The translations under genes and the position numbers were made by a program. The notes beneath the pieces are model-generated. The model was not told the origin of the DNA, ran no database searches, and was given only the letters and a program-made list of their open reading frames with translations. A DNA stretch of 12,634 bases from Candidatus Thorarchaeota archaeon SMTZ1-45 (GTDB lineage: Archaea > Asgardarchaeota > Thorarchaeia > Thorarchaeales > Thorarchaeaceae): NCBI GenBank assembly GCA_001563335.1, contig LRSL01000097.1:1-12634 (forward strand), read 5' to 3'. Positions within the stretch are counted from its first letter, which is position 1. Every line of letters starts with the position of its first letter. Positions 7,717 to 12,634 of this stretch are shown piece after piece.

Positions 7717-8700
7717 ATGAAACAGAAAGTATTTGTTACAAGAAAAGTTCCTCAAGAAGGTCTAGATAAGATCACTAAGAAGTTCGATGTCAAAGTATGG
7801 CCTTCGGAGAATCCACCAAGCAGGAATGAGATTATTGAAATGGCAGTTGACTGCCAAGGGCTTGTTACACTTCTCTCAGATCCAATTGATTCGAATCTTA
7901 TCAATGGACTACCAAATCTCAAAGTTATAGCCCAATATGCAGTAGGCTATGATAATATTGACGTCAAGGAAGCAACAAAGAGAGGGATTATTGTCACCAA
8001 TACTCCTGGAGTCCTTACTGAAACTACTGCGGATTTAGCTTGGGCGCTCATAATGGCTGTAGCAAGACGAATTGTTGAGGCGGATAGATTTGTACGAGAT
8101 AGAAAATGGAATGTTGCATGGGGACCTGAGACTCTTCTTGGTATAGATATTCATGGTGCAACTCTTGGTATTATAGGAATGGGAAGAATAGGACAAGCTG
8201 TTGCTAGGAGAGCTCAAGGATTCAACATGAACATACTTTACTTTACACGGAGTTATAATGAAAGCATTGCAGCTTTAGAGAATGAAATTGGAGTCAAATC
8301 ATCTAATTTAGAAATTTTACTCAGGGAATCAGATATTGTAAGCCTGCATGTCCCACTCACAGCTGAAACTCACCATCTCATTGGGAAAAAAGAGTTAGAG
8401 ATGATGAAAGCAGACGCAATCCTAGTTAACACCTCAAGAGGCCAGGTTATTGATCAGAATGCATTATATGAGGCTTTATCAATGGGAAATCTGAGAGGAG
8501 CAGGACTTGATGTCTACCAAGAGGAACCCATCTCAAAAAAGGACCCTCTTTTGGCTCTCGATAATGTTGTTCTTGTGCCTCATATAGGGAGTGCCAGTAT
8601 GAATACAAGAGCAACAATGTCAATCATATGTGCAAAGAATATTATAGCTGCTCTCAACGGTGAAACCCCACCAAATATTGTAAATCCTGAGGTGCTTTAA
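7717..8700 (+). CDS. gyaR: Glyoxylate reductase / D-2-hydroxyacid dehydrogenase
   Basis: KVFVTR, AQYAVGYDNID, TNTPGVLTETTAD, GIIGMGRIG, NTSRG, LDVYQEEP, PHIGSA; ATG 7717 preferred to TTG 7708. Confidence 0.9.
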   Translation: MKQKVFVTRKVPQEGLDKITKKFDVKVWPSENPPSRNEIIEMAVDCQGLVTLLSDPIDSNLINGLPNLKVIAQYAVGYDNIDVKEATKRGIIVTNTPGVLTETTADLAWALIMAVARRIVEADRFVRDRKWNVAWGPETLLGIDIHGATLGIIGMGRIGQAVARRAQGFNMNILYFTRSYNESIAALENEIGVKSSNLEILLRESDIVSLHVPLTAETHHLIGKKELEMMKADAILVNTSRGQVIDQNALYEALSMGNLRGAGLDVYQEEPISKKDPLLALDNVVLVPHIGSASMNTRATMSIICAKNIIAALNGETPPNIVNPEVL

Positions 8701-9234
8701 ATGAGTAGTGATTGTATCGAGAAAATAAAGTCTCGACAGTCAATTAGGAGATTTACCAGTGAACCAATTCCTGAAGAAGTCATAGAGGATATTGTAAGGA
8801 TAGGGACAAGTGCACCTAGTGCTGGGAATTGTCAGCCATGGAGAATCATTATTGTGACTAATAATGAATTGAAAAATCAATTAGCCAATGATGCTCTTAA
8901 ACAGAGCTTCATCGCAGATGCACCAGTGATTTTTGTAGTATGTGCAGTCCCTGAGGAGTCAGCAGAAAGATACCAAAATCGGGGAAGATATCTGTATGTC
9001 ATTCAGGACACAGCTGCTCTTACTCTGAATATCTTGTATGGTGCACATTTCCATGGGTATGGGGCATGTTGGATAGGAGCTTTCAATGAGGAGGCTGTTT
9101 CCAAGACACTTCATGTACCTTCCCACATGCGACCTGTCGCAATGATACCAGTTGGCAAGATCAAAGGTGGAACTCCACCTATGCGAGGACGAAGGAGCAC
9201 CTCTGATATTGTCATAAAGGAGCGATTCAACTAA
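8701..9234 (+). CDS. Nitroreductase family flavoprotein
   Basis: SRQSIRRF, SAPSAGNCQPW, GYGACWIGAF, RPVAMIPVG; abuts gyaR (TAA-ATG) with GAGGTG at 8689-8694. Confidence 0.93.
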   Translation: MSSDCIEKIKSRQSIRRFTSEPIPEEVIEDIVRIGTSAPSAGNCQPWRIIIVTNNELKNQLANDALKQSFIADAPVIFVVCAVPEESAERYQNRGRYLYVIQDTAALTLNILYGAHFHGYGACWIGAFNEEAVSKTLHVPSHMRPVAMIPVGKIKGGTPPMRGRRSTSDIVIKERFN

Positions 9235-9328
9235 TCATCTCTAGTAACACATCAGATTGCTCCAAACTGAATTGGAGATTCCGATTTCTCAATATCTGAT
9301 TCTGATGTTCGTAAAAATATTGGATGTG

Positions 9329-9368
9329 AAAAAGAAGGGGGATGGGGGCAAAGCCCCCATGTTCCTTT
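9329..9368 (-). terminator. Hairpin plus pyrimidine/T-tract terminator of the S8 protease gene
   Basis: Perfect stem ATGGGGGC-AAA-GCCCCCAT (9342-9360) followed on the minus strand by CCCCCTTCTTTTT; lies between convergent genes. Confidence 0.7.
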
Positions 9369-9394
9369 AAACTATACTTCTCGTGTACTCACTA

Positions 9395-12300
9395 CTACTT
9401 CTTCCTGATTAGGAAGAGGATCAGCAGCACAACAACACCAACACCAATTCCACCAATTAATCCAATGAGTAGTGGATCAAGAGGTGCTGGAGTGGGTGTG
9501 GGTGTGGTCGGTGTGGGTGTAGTAGTTGTTGGCGGCGGTGTTGTTGGTGGAACATTACCTGCCGTGAACGAATTACTCACCTGATCCACGAATGTGCCAG
9601 GCCAGTACGAATCGGGTGGAGCGTCAGCTGTACCAACAGGTTCACCATCATACGTAAAGACAAGGTCACAATCGAATGCTCTGACTCTGTAGTAGTATGT
9701 GCCTTCAAGCCATCCGTCTGAATCCCATACGAAGTATGTTTCAGTCAGGTTTGTTGCAACTGGCTGGAATGTGTTTCCACCATCAGAGCTGATGGCGACA
9801 CTATAGAATATGGTGTCATCAACATTCCTGTCCGTCGCAGCAGTCCATGTCAGGTTGTATTGGTCATTACCGATATCAATAGCATCATTGACAGGTAGTA
9901 GGACAGGTACGAAGAAGTTTACGAAGGTGACTTTTCCGAAGTCGATCACCCAGACAACATCACTTTCTGTCCAGCAGTACAGGAATAGATCATTCGTTAC
10001 ACTTGGAACCCTCTGGAGAGCGTAGGTGTCGAAGGATACATCATCCAGTGGATTGGCAATCCCATCACCTAGGACGCTTTGAGCGGTCCTAGTATCAACC
10101 TCGAGGAGGTAGTTTTGATGGTTGTATGCCCAATCCCAGCAGAACACTCGAACTGCTATGTCCATAGCACCAGGAGATACATATGAACCAGACTCAGCAG
10201 CTCCTCCACTTCCATCGTCCACAGAGAGGAATGAAGCTCCTCCGAGTTCGTCAAGATCTACTAGACCATTATCATTTGCGTCATCCCACTCCCAAACATC
10301 AAATGATGGGTCAGAACCGCCCTGAGCGTCCAGGTCAACTAAGACAATGTCTCCAGCAGCGATTCCCTCCACTGTGTGCCATATGTAGGTATCAGTGTTT
10401 ATTAATGGGACAGGCCATGCATCTTGACCTTGTGGATCTGCATATGTACCAGTGAATGTCGCGTATAGACCACTCAAGAGATCTAGCCGTGTACCAGTAA
10501 TGGTTCCGTACTCAGGTAGTCCTGCTACAGCTGGAATAGTCCAGTTGCTTCGAATGACAACATGGTCTCCTTCAAGCACATCATCTGGTGAGATGGCTGT
10601 GGGAGTTGTCATATCTTTGGCAGTCCAGGTGAAGTCGTTCTCAGCTGGTTGCAAGTCTGTTGGACCATAGAGCTGGAACGTGATCTTGATGTTCTCAGGT
10701 ATGTCTGCTCCATCGAGTCTATGCACAACGTAGTAGAACCAATACGTTCCGTTGATCAAGTGACCCGGTTCCCAGATTATTGTGTTAATCTTATCACCAG
10801 TTGGCGTAGAAACGAATGGACCACCACCATCATCAGATTGTGCTAATGGAGGTGATTGACTCAGCTCATTACGTAGATAGATGTCAACAGCAGTACCATC
10901 ATTTACCCATTCAGCTCTCATTACAAGAACTGATGCATTGATAGCTGAGTTGTATGGTATTTCAAGATGGAACGACGTCGAACCACCTGCTTCGTTTATA
11001 GCTGTTGTACCGTAGATGAACGATGTTGTTAAAGCACCACTATCATATGGAGTGAGTTCAGCACCAGCACCATCGACCAGAGTCATATTATCTCCTTTAG
11101 CTCCATCAAGGTTCATCTCAACCATATAGGAGTAAGGAATCTGATGAGTAAAGCCGCTTGAAGTGTCCTCTAGATAGATTGAACCCTCATGAGCACCATA
11201 CTCAGCGTCAAGAGGTACAGTCAGGGTCACATCAATTCCAGTTGTACCATCAGCAACTCCGATTGTAGTATCTGGAGTTTCAACCCAATTCTGAATGGTC
11301 ACTGTAAAGTCAATCCCTGCAGGACCAAAGAACTGTAGAACTGGTTCACCAGTGAACAGATTACCAATTCCGCTAGTATGTGAAATTCTCATTTGCATGA
11401 TATTACATTGATCATAGTAGCGGGAGATGAAACTGATGTAGTCACCAACTTCAGTAGTGAAGTTCCAGTAGTTGAACTCATCGTTCATATCAGTGTCAAC
11501 CCAGTCAAACAATGTAACTGTTGGGTAATCACCTATGTCAGCGATATCGTAGGCGACAGTAATCGTCGCATATTTTGCATTATAGAAGTCTGTCAATGTT
11601 ACATTGTCTTCAAGGAAGAAGACACCGGATCTCATGATGTTTGTGTTGGTATCATTATACCTGTAGCTCGTTTCAGAGAAGCTTACTCTGGATCCTTCCA
11701 CGTAGTACCATGGAGATATGACATCGAAGTTCGAGGTATCCCCACCAGTTAAATCGAAGCCTGTAACATCAAGGTTTACAACCCTTGATTGACCACGATC
11801 AACTGTTCCGAAGAACACACTACTTGTTTCAAGACCAACAGGGGTTGTCCAGTCAGGTTCAAAGTAGAAGCCAAATGGAGCCCAATCGGGTATCCAGTAT
11901 GCCCATGCATCAGCAACTTGTTCGCCATAGTACTGGAAGCTATCTGACTCAAAGAAGTATGAATCAGCAGCTCCTGTCTCAATAGCTGCAATAGCAGCCT
12001 CTGCATTGACTAAACCATGACCCTGAATGTATGGATCATATCCCAAGTCAGTTGCACTTGATAGGAGCAAGTCTTTGGTCAACTGTGGAGAGGGCATTGC
12101 TGCGTGTTTCACATTCCAAGCATCCATGATGAGAGCTGCAACACCAGCTGCAAGAGGACAAGCCAGACTAGTTCCTTGCCACCAGTAGTATGTGTTGTAC
12201 GCACCGTCATAGCCCGGTACACCCATCCATTCGTTCTGGGATGGTTGTGGATTTACACCCCTGTAACCAGGAGCCATCACATCAGGTTTGGTAACTCCAG

Positions 12301-12634
12301 TGTAGCCAGGACCATTCGAAGAGAAGTAAATCTCCTGACTGTCCGTTTGGGTAAATGGACCATATTGACTTTCATAGTAGTGACCTGTGATTGTAGCACC
12401 AACAGATACGACCGAGAAAGCCGAGTCTGGAGCACCCACAGTACTATAGTCAGCACCAGTATTACCAGATGAGAACACGAATAGAGATCCAGGATAGCCT
12501 GTTGCCATCACGTCGGGTATAGATGCAAGATCGTATACTAATGCTAAGTATCTAAGCGCCATATAGGCAGAACCAGGTCCCCAACCCCAAGAGTTGGAAA
12601 TGATGTGTGCACGGTGGGATGGACCATCTCCACT
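9395..12634 (-). CDS. Large membrane-anchored subtilisin-like (S8) serine protease, 5'-truncated by the window edge
   Basis: Frame stays open to 12634 (SGDGPSHRAHIISNSWG... precedes the tracked Met). Oxyanion motif SSGNTG, VVSVGA, FSSNGP, KPDVMAPG, catalytic GTSLACP, QGHGLVNA; long acidic extension, Pro/Thr linker, C-terminal TM helix and RKK. Confidence 0.93.
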   Translation of the reverse strand, partial: SGDGPSHRAHIISNSWGWGPGSAYMALRYLALVYDLASIPDVMATGYPGSLFVFSSGNTGADYSTVGAPDSAFSVVSVGATITGHYYESQYGPFTQTDSQEIYFSSNGPGYTGVTKPDVMAPGYRGVNPQPSQNEWMGVPGYDGAYNTYYWWQGTSLACPLAAGVAALIMDAWNVKHAAMPSPQLTKDLLLSSATDLGYDPYIQGHGLVNAEAAIAAIETGAADSYFFESDSFQYYGEQVADAWAYWIPDWAPFGFYFEPDWTTPVGLETSSVFFGTVDRGQSRVVNLDVTGFDLTGGDTSNFDVISPWYYVEGSRVSFSETSYRYNDTNTNIMRSGVFFLEDNVTLTDFYNAKYATITVAYDIADIGDYPTVTLFDWVDTDMNDEFNYWNFTTEVGDYISFISRYYDQCNIMQMRISHTSGIGNLFTGEPVLQFFGPAGIDFTVTIQNWVETPDTTIGVADGTTGIDVTLTVPLDAEYGAHEGSIYLEDTSSGFTHQIPYSYMVEMNLDGAKGDNMTLVDGAGAELTPYDSGALTTSFIYGTTAINEAGGSTSFHLEIPYNSAINASVLVMRAEWVNDGTAVDIYLRNELSQSPPLAQSDDGGGPFVSTPTGDKINTIIWEPGHLINGTYWFYYVVHRLDGADIPENIKITFQLYGPTDLQPAENDFTWTAKDMTTPTAISPDDVLEGDHVVIRSNWTIPAVAGLPEYGTITGTRLDLLSGLYATFTGTYADPQGQDAWPVPLINTDTYIWHTVEGIAAGDIVLVDLDAQGGSDPSFDVWEWDDANDNGLVDLDELGGASFLSVDDGSGGAAESGSYVSPGAMDIAVRVFCWDWAYNHQNYLLEVDTRTAQSVLGDGIANPLDDVSFDTYALQRVPSVTNDLFLYCWTESDVVWVIDFGKVTFVNFFVPVLLPVNDAIDIGNDQYNLTWTAATDRNVDDTIFYSVAISSDGGNTFQPVATNLTETYFVWDSDGWLEGTYYYRVRAFDCDLVFTYDGEPVGTADAPPDSYWPGTFVDQVSNSFTAGNVPPTTPPPTTTTPTPTTPTPTPAPLDPLLIGLIGGIGVGVVVLLILFLIRKK
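9484..9550 (-). repeat. Low-complexity Pro/Thr linker coding repeat
   Basis: GGTGTG-type repeats encode PPTTPPPTTTTPTPTTPTPTPAP just before the TM helix. Confidence 0.8.

Noticed and set aside
9235-9330. C/D-box sRNA or SECIS suggested by repeated CTGA
   Set aside because: No properly placed RUGAUGA box, and no in-frame TGA in the flanking genes.
9342-12472. Plus-strand and alternative-frame ORFs over the S8 gene
   Set aside because: Shadow ORFs arising from the codon bias and Pro/Thr repeat of the real gene.
1-12634. CRISPR array, IS element, prophage, tRNA or rRNA
   Set aside because: No spaced direct repeats, transposase or integrase motifs, or RNA-gene signatures seen; the intergenic gaps are all short.

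Overview
Gene-dense archaeal chromosomal window with no mobile element, CRISPR array, rRNA or tRNA visible. GGTGA/GTGA-type ribosome-binding sites, gene content and a large acidic C-terminally anchored subtilase suggest an Asgard archaeon such as Thorarchaeia (inference only). Order: pyruvate-kinase-C-terminal-like protein (+), a grpE-dnaK-dnaJ operon (-) without hrcA/CIRCE, a Sir2/CobB deacylase (+), a small membrane protein (-), an archaeal-type CitG-family protein (+), a 61-aa two-helix membrane protein (-), two tandem paralogous winged-helix regulators (-) separated by a spacer with two perfect 10-bp-arm palindromes, glyoxylate reductase and nitroreductase (+), and the 3' 1079 codons of a large membrane-anchored S8 protease (-) ending in a triple stop and a hairpin/T-tract terminator. 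Most genes are housekeeping. The best leads are the duplicated wHTH pair with its candidate operators, a candidate operator in the grpE promoter, an unusual DnaK indel combination and the surface protease. I cannot support a clearly new multi-gene system from sequence alone.
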